DNA of 64,000 nucleotides, from contig CAUYUJ010000308.1 in assembly GCA_963575745.1 (NCBI GenBank), positions 1 through 64,000 of the forward strand, given 5' to 3'. A model generated the notes under the pieces. It made no database searches and was not told the origin of the DNA. It saw only the letters and a program-made list of their open reading frames with translations. The position numbers and the translations under genes are program-made. The first letter of the stretch is position 1. Every line of letters begins with the position of its first letter. Of this stretch, positions 1 through 13,650 are shown piece after piece. This DNA comes from Prorocentrum cordatum (Eukaryota).

Positions 1-486
1 AGCGGTTGCACGCTTTGCGGGTGGAGCCTAAGGAGCGGGAGTTCACGCACAAGGCGGAATTGCGAAGGCCAAAGGGGAACTGGGGCCGCTCGAGGGCCAG
101 AAGGAGGGGACGTGCGGAGGCTGAAACTGTGGGATCGGCCCAGCCCGAAGGCCAGGCTGCGGCAGGAGGCGGCGGTGCAGGAGAGCGTCTTCGAGGCCAC
201 GCCCCACGAGCTCCCCGAGTGCATGAAGGAGGCGGCGGAGGCCCCGCTTCCGCTGCCGCGGGGGGCGGCGCGCGTGCTGGACACCACGACGAAATCGGGG
301 AGCCTAGAGGCACCTGCGCCCAAGGCAGTGGCCACCAACCCGAAGGAGGCCGACACGTTCAGCCAACGGGTAGGCGCGGCGGGGCAGACAGCAAAGACCA
401 AGACCAGGAAGCGAAGTCGCAGCCCAAGCGTTCCGCGACCGCCAAAGAAGGATAATAAGGAAAGGAAGAAGAGCATGAAGGGTAAG

Positions 487-841
487 GACGAACGTGGCCC
501 GCACCCTGCTGGAGGCGGTAGCGGTGGACTTCCGCTCGGAGGAGCAGGGAAAACGTCGGGAGGAGGTGCACGCCGCCAAGGTGGCTCTCGTTCAGGAGCT
601 GGCGCCGCTCCCGGGCTCCGCCTCCACCTGCCTGGCCGGGTTGCCCGCGTCGGCTCTGGCCGCGGGGCATCCGAGCCGGGGGGGCGGCGGCGGTGCCTGG
701 GAGCAGGCCACGGTGGCGGCCAGTTTTTGCATGGCTCTGCATTTTCTCGCTGCCGGTAGCAGCCTCGGCGTCGCACGCGATTCGGGAGAAGCTGCAGCGG
801 CGGCCGTCTCTGTGCTCTCGCTGTTCTGCGGGTGCTGTAAG
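487..841 (+). CDS. Candidate exon of the intron-rich ARM/HEAT-like host gene
   Basis: Open frame TNVARTLLEAVAVD...VLSLFCGCCK is Ala/Leu-rich and helical-looking. Bounded by AG|G (486/487) and AAG|GC (841/842). Linkage to downstream exons is not shown. Confidence 0.4.
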
Positions 842-1263
842 GCTGGCGCCTGAAGTCGGGACCGCAGGGCGGGTCAGTGGAGCGGCCATCGCGCATGCCC
901 CTGCCGACGGCGTCGCCGATGTGTGGTGCTGTTTCGCTTCTGTGCGGCTTGCCCGATGTTGTTATACCGCCCACACCTCCTCCTCCTCCTCCTCCTCCTC
1001 CTCCTCCTCCTCCTCATCTCTGGCGATCCAGAGGGCCTCGAGTGGGCCAGAGGTCCTGTCGAGGACCCGTGGGAGGAGGTCCTCCCATTCTGTGCATACA
1101 TACATACATACATACATACAACATGCTGCGTATATTTTCAGTGTTTGCGCAAGCACTCCGGGGGACCGCTCGTGGCCACCGCCGGACTCCCCCCTCCGGA
1201 CATCTGGCCGGGACGCACCCCCAGGAACGAGCTCGGGAGCGAGGCTTTCGCCCAGCATGTGTC

Positions 1264-1430
1264 GGAGGTTGACAGACCTCCTACCCTGACGCGTCGATTA
1301 GTGAACTGGCCGTTTTCGGTTCGCGCGAGGGCGTCGCGGCCGTCATTTTTGCGGGTCCAGGTCCGTCGGTTTCGGCCCCAGGCCGTTTTCACTAAGGGGA
1401 GGTCTACTAAAGGGAGGTTTGTCCACCGCT
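1264..1430. mobile_element. ~165-bp MITE-like element; other copies near 40912-41075, 41168-41330, 60068-60232
   Basis: Inverted ends GGTGGACAGACCTCC-like / GGAGGTCTGTCCACC-like. Shared core GACRCGTCGA..GTGAA..CCGTTTTCGGTTC..GAGGGCG in four copies. Confidence 0.7.
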
Positions 1431-1439
1431 CATAATCTT

Positions 1440-1687
1440 GGCCTCCTAGATGGGGTCGGAGTACATGGTGTCGGATGATCGCGCCGCATCGCCGCTGCAC
1501 CCCCGACGCGGCTCGATGTGGAGCTCGTCTTGCTTCGCGTCGACGTCGCCGATGCATCGCCCGCGTCGACGACGCATCGCAGGTGCACCGCCGATGCACC
1601 GCCGATGGAGTGGTGATGCAGTGGCGATGCGGCGCGATCCTTCGACCCCATATGCTCCGACCGCATCTAGGCGGCCTCTAGAGAAGC
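1440..1687. mobile_element. Palindromic MITE/foldback; second copy ~39822-40060
   Basis: Arms GCCTCCTAGATGGGGTCGGAG... / ...CTCCGACCGCATCTAGGCGGC. Internal CATCGCCGATGCATCG motifs. Both copies end GGCCTCTAGAGAAG. Confidence 0.65.
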
Positions 1688-2055
1688 CCGGGCCTCCGAG
1701 GTTCGAACGCAAGAGGTCTGGCTCCTCATCGTGGCCCTCCTGGGGTCGGACGACTGGGACGATGAAGAATCCGCTCCAGAGCGTTCGGGAACGCTCCCAG
1801 AGCGCTCGGAACGCCGTGGGAAAGCCGCGGCGCCCGATACATCATCTGCAGCCGCCGGACCTCAGAAATCCCCAGCATATCTGCACCCGATGTCACCCTC
1901 ATTCCCAGCTCTTCGTGGCCCTCCTCGAGGTCCGCCTCGGCAGCGTTTTCTGGGCCCCCCCCCTGTGTCTCCGAAGGCGGCGTTGTCGGCGAGGGGAGGC
2001 GCGCGGGAGGCAGAGGGAGGCATGCAGGGAGGAAAGGCGAGCGGACCCATACCTC

Positions 2056-2058
<3 letters not shown>

Positions 2059-2107
<49 letters not shown>
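2059..2107 (-). repeat. 49-nt poly(T) tract; possible poly(A) tail or T-rich end of a mobile element
   Basis: Homopolymer seen directly, abutting repeat-like sequence at 2108-2960. No TSD found. Confidence 0.6.
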
Positions 2108-4250
2108 CCGGTGGGGCCACGTAGCGTAGGTCTCTGGGGCCCCGTAGGTCTTTGGATGTCTAGACCCCTTCTCTGGGACTGGCTCTCTGTCCCGAGCCGT
2201 GTTTTGGCGGTCCCAGGGCCCGAAAGGGCTTCCAGGGGCTGAAAAATGGCCAACCACTTTCCATGGCGTTCTCCCCCGAAGCAGCTTGTTTGTAAGGATG
2301 TGTGTGTATATATATATATATATACAAGGGTGGAGGTCCTGGGGGCTCCAGTGTGCACTGATTTGTCCTTTGGCCGTTTTGGACCCGGCGGGGGTGACAG
2401 AACGCGTCAAAGGAGCGAAACACGTCCAAGCGGGCGCCAAAATGGCCCAATAATTTCCAAGAGAACCCAAGACTGTACAAAACGTTTCGAAATTGGTCCA
2501 GCATGGCTTGAAGACAGCCCAAGAAGGCTTCAAGACGGCGGCCAATATGCCTTCGAAAGGACTCCCACGAGGCATTCGCGAGGCGAAAAAGTAGTCCCCC
2601 CCCCCCCCCTGTTTCGTGCTCTCGCTGTTTCGTGCTTCCGACGGTCCAAGACAGACGGCCCAAAAGGCACCCGAAGAGGGCGCCACGACGGCGCAAGAGA
2701 GCCCCAAGACGGCCCAAGAGTGCCCCAAGACGCCCCAAGAGGCGCCCAAGATCGCCCAAGAGGGCCCCAAGACGGCCCCAAGAAAGGGCTCAAAAGGGGG
2801 AACACGAACCGACAATTCGAGCCTTCCGCCCCAAAAGGGCCCCAGGAGGCCCCAAGAGGCCCCCAAGAGAGCCCAAAAGGCCCCTTAGAGGCCCCCACGA
2901 GGCCCCAAAGAGGCCCACAAAGAGGCCCCAAGGGCCCCCACCAAAACATACCGGTGCATAGCTAAGGACCGCTGAGCCATGTTGCGTGACATGACATGGC
3001 ACGGCACAACACGACAGGGCTAGTTGTGTCAGTGCATGTCGCAGCATGGTGCAGCATGCCATATCATTGCATTCCGTAGCAGTGTTCAACTGAGCGTAAC
3101 ACTGCACGTTATGACGTAACACTGCCTAGCATGGCACTGCATCTCATGACACATCGTGACGTACGATGGTATTCCAATGCGCATACATTAATCGAACAAC
3201 ACCGTACTGATCTGCGCAACAGTAAAGATAAATCATGTGAATCTCACACCCCGTTGTTGTTCTTACTGCCGCCCTGTTTATTCTAGCCTAATTGTTCATA
3301 TTTATGGCATAGCATAGCATTGCATTATGTAGCCCGGCGTGCCGTGTCTGTGCATACCATGTAACGCGGTCGTATCGCTCTTCACAGGAAACATATCATG
3401 ACATGCCTCAGCGTACCATCCCATCTATTATCAGCATTTCGCAGCACAGTATAACATGTTATGCAATGTGCACTATAGAGTACATCGTGTTATTGCAGTG
3501 CGTACTGCATCGTGACATTGCGCTTTATAGCGTAGCATTGTGTATCATGGCATTCCATAGCATAGTGCAACATGGCGCTGTAACGCTGCATTTTCTCTCG
3601 ACCATAGCTTGGCGCCAGATCACTGGTCGACCAGTTGATGAGAGCCGAGGAAGAGGAATGAGGAAGAGGCAGGAGGCAACGTATAATGTTGTCTTCATTA
3701 TTCATGACCGCCTTATTGTCTCAATGAGGTCAGCGTTCGGCCAGCTAGAACTTCAGCGCGCGTGCAACGAGAGCGATGGTTCTAGTATATGTAGATATGA
3801 ACATGTATGCATATTTAGGGTACATATAAACATACATGTGTCGCACATTACATTGCAGAACGTAGCCTTTTTCTTTGAGAAACGTATTCGGATCCACCCA
3901 CCCCCTGGGCCCCTCTGGAATCAACCGCCCCCCTTTTCGTATTGCAATTTGCAAATGGTTCTGCCCCATCGTCCATCTTAAGTATGACGAATCCATAACC
4001 ATCCCAAGCAGGGGCCGGTGACTGTTCCCCATTCTTCTTTATACAAAATACCTGCGCGCGCATTTGTTTACCGAACATCATCAGCCTTCAGGAATCCTTT
4101 GCGGAAACATTGGGCGAAGTGCACGCGCGCGCGTCGTCGCGCGCGCATCCCGACATTCCATTTAAAAAGCCTTAGCCGTCGCGAGGATTTCAAGGTCAAG
4201 CGTCGCGGACACATGCAAAACCTATTGCTTCGCAGCGAGGAATTTCAAAT

Positions 4251-4742
4251 CACCCCAGTGCGACCCTACCTAGAAGTTGGAGCCCCTAGGAAAACAGCAT
4301 TCGTTGCTATGCTATGCTATGCTATGCTATGCCATGCTATGCTGCGCTATGCTATGCTATGCCATGCTGCGCTATGCTAAGCTATGCTAAGCTATGCTAT
4401 ATCATGCTGCGCTGTGCGATGCTAAGCTAAGCTATGCTATGCTATGCTATGATATGCTATGCTGCTCTATGCTATGCTATGCTGTGCTCTGCTATGCTAG
4501 AGTTCAACGAAGCTAAGATGAATATACACGAAGCTAAGATAAACTTGAGCTAAGATGAAGCCAAGCTAAGCTAACATGAAATAAGCTAAGCTAAGATGAG
4601 GTAAGCAGCGCTAAGCTAAGGGAACGTAGCTGGGGGAACCGCGGGGCGGATCTTGGAGGAACCGCCCGGGGCGATTTCCACTGTCCGGCCCCTTTAAGCA
4701 AAGATGGTAAGAACCTTTCTTGACAGAGCCTAGGTAGGGAAC
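4251..4742 (-). mobile_element. Non-autonomous Helentron/DINE-like element carrying (GCTAT)n/(GCTAA)n
   Basis: Subterminal inverted repeat CCCTACCTAG (4264-4273) / CTAGGTAGGG (4730-4739). Small hairpin CAC-CCCA-GTG (4251-4260) lies outside one arm. Pentamer microsatellite at ~4305-4620. Confidence 0.5.
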
Positions 4743-5099
4743 AAAGCTGGCGTTCGTGCTCTTTCAGATTCTGAAGAAAACCATAGGTCGTTCAACATGT
4801 TCATAGCACGCAACCAATTCGAGCCCTTCGCTCGCGCATTTCGAAGTCACTTGAACGCGCTTGCGCGCAATAATCTTTTGCAGAAGCTTGGGCGAAGTGC
4901 GCGCGCGCGTCGTCGTGCTCGCGTGCCTCAATTATTCAGAAGCCTTCGGTTCCGTCAGGATTTCAAATGCGAGGTCCTCGCAAATATTTGCAGGACACAT
5001 GTTTTTTTGCAACGTCAGTTTTCAAACAAAAGCTTGCGCTTTTGCTGGTTCTTTTAGGGCAGCACCCGCAGGTTCTTCGAGGTTCTTCGACGGATGAGT

Positions 5100-5510
5100 T
5101 CGACGCGCGCGCGCGTCGAATCCATCCGAGCGCCTTTGCGCGCGTGGTGGTGGTGGGGGGGGCGACCCGCTTCAAATGATGCCGCGGGCCACTCGCGCGC
5201 GTCGGCGTCGTTGCGTCCACCGTTGTCGGCGTCGCCGCGATGCCGCGCTCGCCCGAGTCGTCGACTCGCGCTGAAGTGCCCGCTGGGAAGTGCCCGGTGG
5301 TCAGCGCCGCCGCGGCCGCGCTGGTCGCGCCGCGCCAGCAGGCCGCGGCGCGCGCGAGCGCACCCGGGTTAGCGCGGCCGCGGAGATGCATCAGTTAACG
5401 GTAAGCGCTCATCGCAATCGCCATCGCGCGGGCTTAGCAGACCGAGCTGCGAGCGGGCAGGCGGGGCGTTCGCGCGAGCGGTGGAGCTGGCCACTCGCTG
5501 CAAGCATTTG
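5100..5510 (+). repeat. Dispersed GC-rich repeat; copies ~8400-8920, ~10280-10790, inverted ~50230-50640
   Basis: Shared GTCGCCGACTCGCGCTGAAGTGCCCGCTGGGA...GCGGCCGCGGAGATGC...GCGAGCAGTGGAG in three + copies and one - copy. Confidence 0.8.
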
Positions 5511-8500
5511 TGAAATCTCCTGCCTGAAAGAGTGTCGGGACCTACCGCCCCCGCCCCTCCCCTGGGACTGGCGGAACATTGATGCGCGTTGCAATGCGCG
5601 CGTGATTTTGCCCCGTCGCCAATCCTAGAGATGAAATCGCGCCGCCCCGGCCAGCCCGGAGCCCGCCCCCCCCCGCCCCCTGTTCGCTATGAGGGCCGTT
5701 GTTGCCCCCAAGACCCGCCGTAAAAGTATCTATTTCCCGCGTCGTCGGCCCTGGCTTCGCGCCGCGCGCAGCCCCGTGCGTCGGCGGGCTTCGAGCTCCC
5801 TGAAGTTCCACCGCCGTCGTCGCCAGGGTCGCGCGAGCCCCCGAGCGGCCAGCGGCGTCGCCCCGAGGCAAGGCCGAGACAGGAGGCGGAACATCTGCAC
5901 GAGAAGAAGCATTCGGGGCGCAGGGGTCGGGGCGCCGGCGGGGCCCGCGTCGGCTGCGCGGATGAAACGAGATACAAAGCAGGCGCTGGAACGGGAACGG
6001 GGGCACGGCGCGCTACGCATCGGGCGGAGACGCGCCGAACACGCGGCGGCGCCGCGCCCAGTTCAACGCAGCGTCTGCCGATGCAATGCAACGGCGCGGG
6101 TGCAAAATGCAATGCGATGTATGGGGCGCGGCCCGCCCCGTCCGCCGGCCCCGCGGGGGCGGGCGGGGGCGGGGGCAGGGGCGGGAAGGAGGGGGAATTG
6201 GGGGGATATAGCGGGCGGGGGGGCGAGCGCGCGCAGCGGGGGACCGAGCGAGAAAAGGTTACGAGCAGCCTGCGGTGGCTTGAGGTCGCAAGGGCACCCC
6301 CGACCGCGTCGCATTTGAATCAGGCGTCCCGCGAGGGGGTCGCGGAGCGGGTTTGAAGCTTGCGCCGCCAAGGCTCGCTGGGGGGGCGCGCGCGGGCGCA
6401 GGCTGGGGGGGGGGGTCCCAGACGACCCCAGCGGGGCTGCATTGGCGTGAACGACGCGAATTCATTCCCGAGTTTTCCAGCTGGCTGGAGGCGCGGCGGC
6501 AAACCGCATCGCGCGACATCAGGCCAGTTTCAGCAAACGCGCAGATCGCGCGTTGCGTTTGTAGCGTTGACCCCGCGGTTGCTGGCGCGGCATTGCCTGA
6601 ACGGGCCGCAGATCGATGCGCGGAAGGAAACATTTGGGGTTTCGCAGCTTGGAAGGGGAACGGAGACAAACCTTGCGACAAAGTGATGACAAAGTGATGA
6701 CAAAGTGGTGACAAAGTGATGACAAATAGGGTTGTCGCGCGTTTTTGTTGCGGACAAAGTGATGACAAAGTGGTGACAAAGTGATGACAAGTGGGGACAA
6801 ATGGCGCCGCGCGTCGGGCCGTCGGAAAAAACGGCGGGCAAAAAACGGATTGCGCGCACAACTGCGCGCGGCGTTGATTTCATGCGCGCGCGAGCGAGTT
6901 TTTGTGCTCGCGCGAACGCGCGCGCTCGCCCGCGCGCGAGCCGCACGCGCTGCGGCGGAAGACGCGTCGCGACGGGGTATCTCGCGACCTCGGAATGGCT
7001 GCGGCGATGCCCCCGCCGTTTCGGCGAGTGAATTTCCCCCCGTTGATGAGCTTCACTCGCGCCGCGCCGTCGGGTCCACGAGTTCCCTTGGCGCTCAGGG
7101 CGCAGGTCGCCCAGGCCCAGGCCTCCCCCGTTTGCGCCCGCTTCCTTCGCCAATTTGCCCCGGCCCGCTGCGTTTCGTTTCATGCCACTGCCTATCGAGC
7201 GGGCTTGGGCTGAGTTTTCTCTCGTTGTCGCTTGTGGCAGCGCTTGCATGGTTTATTCCCTCCTCGGCCCTCAATGCTCGGACCTCTTCCGCCTGGGAGG
7301 TCGCGACCAACCTGCCCGGCGCGGCGCGCGCGAAACGCTGTGTTCGCGGCGTCGAGGCCGCATTCGCGCGAACAACAAACATCGCGTCCCGACGTCGGGG
7401 GGTCAACTCGACATCGCGCGTGGCGTCATTTCGTTTTTCGGTTCTGATTTACCGCGCGGGGCCCGCCAGCGCCGCCGCGCGGCCGCGCGGCCGCGCGTCG
7501 CCGCGCGACAGCTGCGCAGATGCAGACGAAGTGCGTTTGTTTTGGCGCCGGCATCGGTTGCCCTTGCTCTGCTAGCCAGGCCGCGCGCGAGAGGCGCCGC
7601 AACGTCAGGCGCGTTTTTTTTTCAATTAATTGAAGGGTGATATTGCTTGCTTTCGACGCGGCGTTTGGTTGCCAAGGTGGCGCAAAATATGTTCGCCGAG
7701 CAGGCGTGGCAAAGTCGCTTGTCCGCGGCGCTATCTCGCGACGCCTGCGACCCCGAAAAGGAGTCTTGGGCCGTGCAGCGGCCTTCATACTGTTCGCCAT
7801 CTGTCTCCTTTGCCAAAACCAGTATGCGCGCTCCGGTTTATCGACAGTCACCAGTTTTCAAGAACCCTTTGCAACAGGTGGGTCGAAGTGCGCGCGCGCG
7901 ATGTCGCGCGCGCGTGTGCCGATTTTCTGCTGTTGCAAGAAAACCATGAGGTTTCGCCGGGGATCCGAAATCGAGCGCCCCGAAATCATTTGCAAAACTC
8001 ATTGTTTCGCGACGTCAGTTTCCATCCAAAAAGCTTGCGCCTGTGCTTCCGCGAATTCTCTCAGAAGAAAATCGCGCCGTGGGTTGTTCGTGTTCATGAA
8101 TTGCCACCAGGCGGGCCTCGCGCGCGCGCGCGTCGAACACGTCCGAAAGCCTTTGGTTGGGCCCTTGCAAGACATGGGGCGAAGGGCGCGCGCGCGCCTC
8201 GTCGCGCGCGCCGAGTTTTTTCGATTGAGTTTCGCGAGGATTTCAGTGCCGAGTGCCCCGAAAACGCATGCGTCAACCGCATTGTTTTGCAGCGCCAGTT
8301 TCTAAGGGGCCTGCGCGCGCGCTCCGTCGAAGGGGTTTTATCTAAGCCCGTCGGTTTTTCAGCGTTTTCATCGAATTCAACAAAACAGGCTGCTCGCGAC
8401 GCATGTCGGAGTCCTTCGAGCGCCCTTGCGCGCGTGCGAGGGGGGGGGGGGGGGCGCGATCCGCGTCGGATGATATCGTGCGGGCTACTCGCGCGCGTCG

Positions 8501-10779
8501 GCCACGAGCGCGTGTCGACGTCCTTCAGAAACTCTTCCATCGCTGACGCGAGGACATCGGCGTCGTTGTCGGTGGGCGCGATCGATGTCGGAGCCGTCGT
8601 TTGCTCTGCCGTCGTCATCGCCGCTATCATATCCGCGCCCGCCGTCGCTGGCGTCGCCGCGGTAACGCGCCCGCCCAAGTCGCCGACTCGCGCTGAAGTG
8701 CCCGCTGGGAAGTACCCAGCGGCCAGCGTCGCTGCGGCCGCGTCGGTCGCGCCAAATTTGCCGGCCGCAGCGCGCGCGAGCGCGCGCAGGATCGCGCGGC
8801 CGCGGAGATGCGCCGGCCAGCGCGAAGCGCTCGTCGCAATTGCCGCCGCGTGGGTTCTGCAGACCAAGTTGCGCGTGGTTGGGTGGGGCGATTGCGCGAG
8901 CAGTGGAGTTGGCAATTCATTGAAACTAATGCCACCGCGTAGATTTCACAGAGTGGCCTGCGCACCACATAGATCGCGCAACATAGAATGCGCCATAAAT
9001 ATGGCCGCGCAAAGATTTCTCCGCGCACGCGCACGTACGCACATATATATATATATACACACACATATTTATATATATGTATATATATACATATATACAC
9101 ACATATATATACAGATATGACACCACTTTGTTGCACAACATCGACTACGCACCATGCGTGGTGCGACATTTATAACGCTTAAGCTGCGCCGCGCAGGTTG
9201 TCCTACATCTGTTGCACGACGTTCATATTTCCCCCGTGGATCGCACCGTGTATATCTAACTCTATGGGTATATGATGTATACGTACATACATACATGTAT
9301 ACACATCTGTACCGCGCAGCTTCGACTACACAGCCGAGATCGCATCATATGGGTATCTCAACATAGTCTACGCACCGTGCGCTGCACCAAGTATGTTGCG
9401 CCACGTATGTTTCGCCATAGATGTGTATCTAATGTATGTATTGCACAACCTTGTTGCGCAACGCGCGATGCGCCGCTTTGATTGCACCGCGTGGTGTCCG
9501 CGCTCTAGGCTGTGCAACGTAGATTCCCCTTTTCAAACAGACAATAGACTCTGCCCCCCCAGGGATTATCCGTTCTCTTTTTCGCATTGCAATCTGCGCA
9601 TGATTCTGCCCCATCGTCCATGCTGAATGCAAATTTACACCATCCACATGGGGGGCGGTATCGCCCCCCCCCCCCCGCCACCCTCTGATTTTTTTTTCAT
9701 ACGCGCGCGCTTGTTTATAACCAATCGCCAGTTTCCAAACATCCCCTGCGACAGCTGGGGCGAAGTGCGCGCGCGCGTCGTCGCGCGCGCGTGCCGACAT
9801 CTTTCAACAACTGTCGGTTTCGCAGTGGTTTAAAAATCGAGTGTCCCAGAGCACATACAGAAAACATGTAGTTTCGCAATGCGGCCTGTCAAAGAAAGCC
9901 TGTGCGCGCGCCCTTGCACATTCTTGAAAAAAACCGTAGGTTTTCCCAACTTTTCAGAACATGCCACCAAACGGGCATCGCGCGCGCATGCCGAAATCGG
10001 TCGAGCGCCCTTGCGCGCGTGCTGCCGCGAAAATCCCCTGCAAGAAACAGGTCGAAGTTCACGCGCGCGCGCGTCGCCCCGTGTGCTTTTCGAAATCTGT
10101 TGATCTTTTGTTTCGCAGCGGTTGTGAAATCGAGTGTTCAAAGCATCTGCGAAAATACGTGGTTTCGCAACGTCAGTTTTCAAAAGAAAGCGCGCTCGCG
10201 CTCGTGCGACTTCTCAGGGGAACCAGGCGTTTTCAACATTTTCACGGGCTTCTGCAAACTAGCTACTCGCGCCGCATGCCGACATCATTTGCACGCCGTT
10301 CGCGCGTGCTCTGGGGGGGGGGGCGATCCGTGTCAAATAGTGCCATGCGGGCGGCTCGCGCGCGCATGTCGCATTCTCATCAAAACTTTCATCGCCGACG
10401 CGGGGGCTATGTCATCGTCGTCGGCGTGATCAGCATCCGCACCGTCGTTGGCCCCGCCGTCGTCGCTCGCATCACCTTCGCCAGCATCGCTACTATCATC
10501 GCCGTGTCTACCGTTGCCGGCGTTGCCATGATACCGCGCCCGCCCAAGTCGCCGACTCGCAATGAAGCGCCCGCTGGGATGTGCCCAGCGGTCAGCGCCA
10601 CCGAGATTGCGTCGGTCGCGCCAGAATGCCAAAATAGCTGACCGCTGCGCGCGCATGCGCAGGTTGTCGCGGCCGCAGAGATGCGCCAGCCAGCGCCGAA
10701 CACTCATCGCAATCGCCGCCGCACGGGGTTTGCCAGCCAAGTTGCGGGTGGGTCGGTGAAATATTGCGCGAGCAGTGGA

Positions 10780-11910
10780 GGTGCGAACTTTCCCACAGGG
10801 GCCTTAGGTGGAGTTCCTTGTGGGACCACGGAACGGGCGAGGGGTGTGCCGCAATGGGGCGGAGGTGCCATAGGACCACGGAGCGTGTGAGGGGTGTGCC
10901 GAAATGGGGCGGCGGTGCCATGCGAACTTGCCCACGGGGGCGTTCGTCTTAGCTCCATGTGGGACCACGAAACGTGTGAGGGGCGTGCTGGAATGTGGCG
11001 GCGGTGCCATGCGAACTTTCCCATTGGGGCTTCAGGTGGAGCTCCTTATGGGACAGCAGAACGTGCGAGGGGTGTGCCGAAATGGGGCGGCGGTGCCATG
11101 GGGCCAAGAAGCGTGTGAGGGGTGTGCCAGAATGGGGCGGCGGTGCCATGTGAACTTGCCCACAGGGGCCTTCGGCGGAACTCCGTGTGGGGCCGCGAAA
11201 TTTGTGAAGGGGTGTGCCGGCACGGGGCGGCGGCGCCATGCGATTTTTCCCAGTGGGGCCTTCGTTGGAAATCTTTATGGGGCCACGAAGCGTGTAAAGT
11301 GTGTGCCGAAATGGGGCGACGTTGCCATGCGGAGTTTCCCATTTGGGATTTCGGTGGAGCTCCCTGTGGGGCCACGAAACGTATGAGGGGTGCGCCTACA
11401 TGGGGCGGCGGTGCCAGGCGAAGTTTCCAACTGGGGCCTTCGGTGGTGTTCCTGATGGGACCGCGAAACGTGTGAGGGGTGTGTTGCCGACGTGGGGCGG
11501 CGGTGCCATGCGAAGTTTCCCATTGAGGCCTTAGGTGGAGCTCCTCATGGGGCCTCGAAGCGTGTGATGGGCGTGCTGGAATGGGGCGGCGGTGCCATGC
11601 GAAGTTTCCCACTGGGGCCTTCGGTGGAATTCCCCATGGGGCCACGAAGCGTGTGAAGGGTGTGCCGAAATGGGGCGGCGGTGCCATGCGAACTTTTTCA
11701 GTGCAGCTTTAGGTTGAGCTCCCTCTGGGGCCACGATGCGTGTGAGGGGTGTGCTGACATGGGATGGGCATGCGGAGAGCAGAGGCAGGGAGGGGAGGAG
11801 TGAGGAGGAGGAGGAGGGGGAGGAGGAGGGGGAAGAGGAAGGAAGGAGGAGGAGTTCGGTGCGCTGTCTCTTCAAAACGAAAACCCAACACTACCGGATG
11901 TTTGGGAATA
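10780..11910 (-). mobile_element. Older, diverged copy of the 90-bp-array element (same family as 35620-38467)
   Basis: About 10 degenerate units (GCCACGAAACGTGTGAGGGGTGTGCCGAAATGGG...GGGGCCTTCGGTGGAGCTCC), then GAG tract, then TCTCTTCAAAACGAAAACCCAACACTACCGGATGTTTGGG. This matches the reverse complement of ~35630-35670. Confidence 0.8.
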
Positions 11911-11979
11911 GTACGCGGAGAGGATGGGAGATTCTCCGGACGAAACCAGGGGAGGGATGATAATTTTATTCATGTGGAG

Positions 11980-13526
11980 AAGGAGAAGGTGGAGGAAGAG
12001 GAGGAGGAGGAGGAGGAGGAGGAGGAGAAGGCGGAGGAGAAGGCGGAGGAGGAGGAGGAGGAGGAGAAGCAGGCGGAGGAGGAGGAGTAATAATAATAAC
12101 CGTAATAATAATACTAGTCGTAATAACAATAACATGAAGAACAATATGGGTACTGATAAGAATGATGATCAGAATGTGGATGAACAGATTAAGAATAATA
12201 ATAATGAGACGACGAATAATAATAGGAAAAAGAAAACGAATTCTACAATACTATTAGTACTAAGCATACTACTGATGCTACTACTATTATTGATTTTACT
12301 GATAGTACTAAAAGTAACAACATCAGTACTACTACTACTACTACTACTAGTACTACTAGTAAGAATAATAACAATAACAATAACACTAACAATAACAATA
12401 ACAGTACTACTGCTAACTGTAAAACTTTTAGCAATAAGAATAGCAATACTACTACTAGAACTAATCTTAATACTACTACTAATAATGCGTATATTAATAT
12501 TCATACTAATACTAATACTACTATTACTATTACCACTGTTACTACCAATTTTAGTAATAACAGTACTAATCATACTATTAGTCGAAATAATAGCAAACAA
12601 ATATAATAGCCATACTGATACTAATAAGACTATTATTAATGATCATAGTAAGAATAAACATACTACTAATAATATTAAGGATAATACTACTAATAATAAT
12701 GACAACAGTAGTAATCATACTAAGAAAAGTATCACGAGGAATAAGACTAATAATCATACTACTGCGAATCATAATATTAATCTTCATAATAATAATACGA
12801 CTAATACTACTAGTAATACTAATCGTAATACTAGTAGTAGTAGTAGTAGTAGTAGTAGTAATAATACTAATAATAATACTAATAAAACCTAATAGTTAAT
12901 AATAATAACATAATAATACTAATACTAATACTAATAATAATGATAACAATAATAATAAGGATGATAATAATAATAATGATACCAATACTAATACTAATAC
13001 TAATACTAATAATAATGATAATAATAACAATAAAGATAATAATACTGATCATAATAATCCTAATAATAATACTACTAATAGTCATACTAAGAATAATAAT
13101 AATACTCATAATAATACTAATGATGAAAATAATAATAGTAATACTAATACTAATGCTAATAATATAATACTAATAATACCAATATTCATAATAATAATAA
13201 TAATACTAATCATAATAATAATAATGATAATAATAATAATGATAATAATAATACTAACAATAACAATAAACATAAAAACATAATAATAAGAGGAGGAAGA
13301 GGAGGAGGAGGAGGAGGAGGAGGAGGAGGAGGAGGAGGAGGAGGAGGAGGAGGAGGAGGAGGAGGAGGAGGAGGAGGAGGAGGGAGGAGGAGGGAGGAGG
13401 AGGAGAGAGGAGGAGGAGGAGGAGAGGAGGAGGAGGAGGAGAGGAGAATGATGATGATGGTGATGATGATGCTGATGATGCTGATGATGCTGATGTTGCT
13501 GATGATGCTGATGATGATGATGATGC

Positions 13527-13571
<45 letters not shown>

Positions 13572-13650
13572 GGGAGGAGGAGGAGGATGAGGAGGAAGGA
13601 TGAGGAGGAGGAGGAGGAGGAGGAGGAGGAGGAGGAGGAGGAGGGGGAAG
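11980..13650. repeat. Compound microsatellite: (GAG)n, ~1.2 kb degenerate (TAA/TAC)n, (GAG)n, (GAT)n
   Basis: Seen directly. The AT-rich block ~12088-13290 contrasts with the GC-rich surroundings. Confidence 0.95.

Noticed and set aside
7630..9120. 496-aa ORF
   Set aside because: It runs through dispersed GC-rich repeats and a (TA)n tract, with no recognisable motifs.
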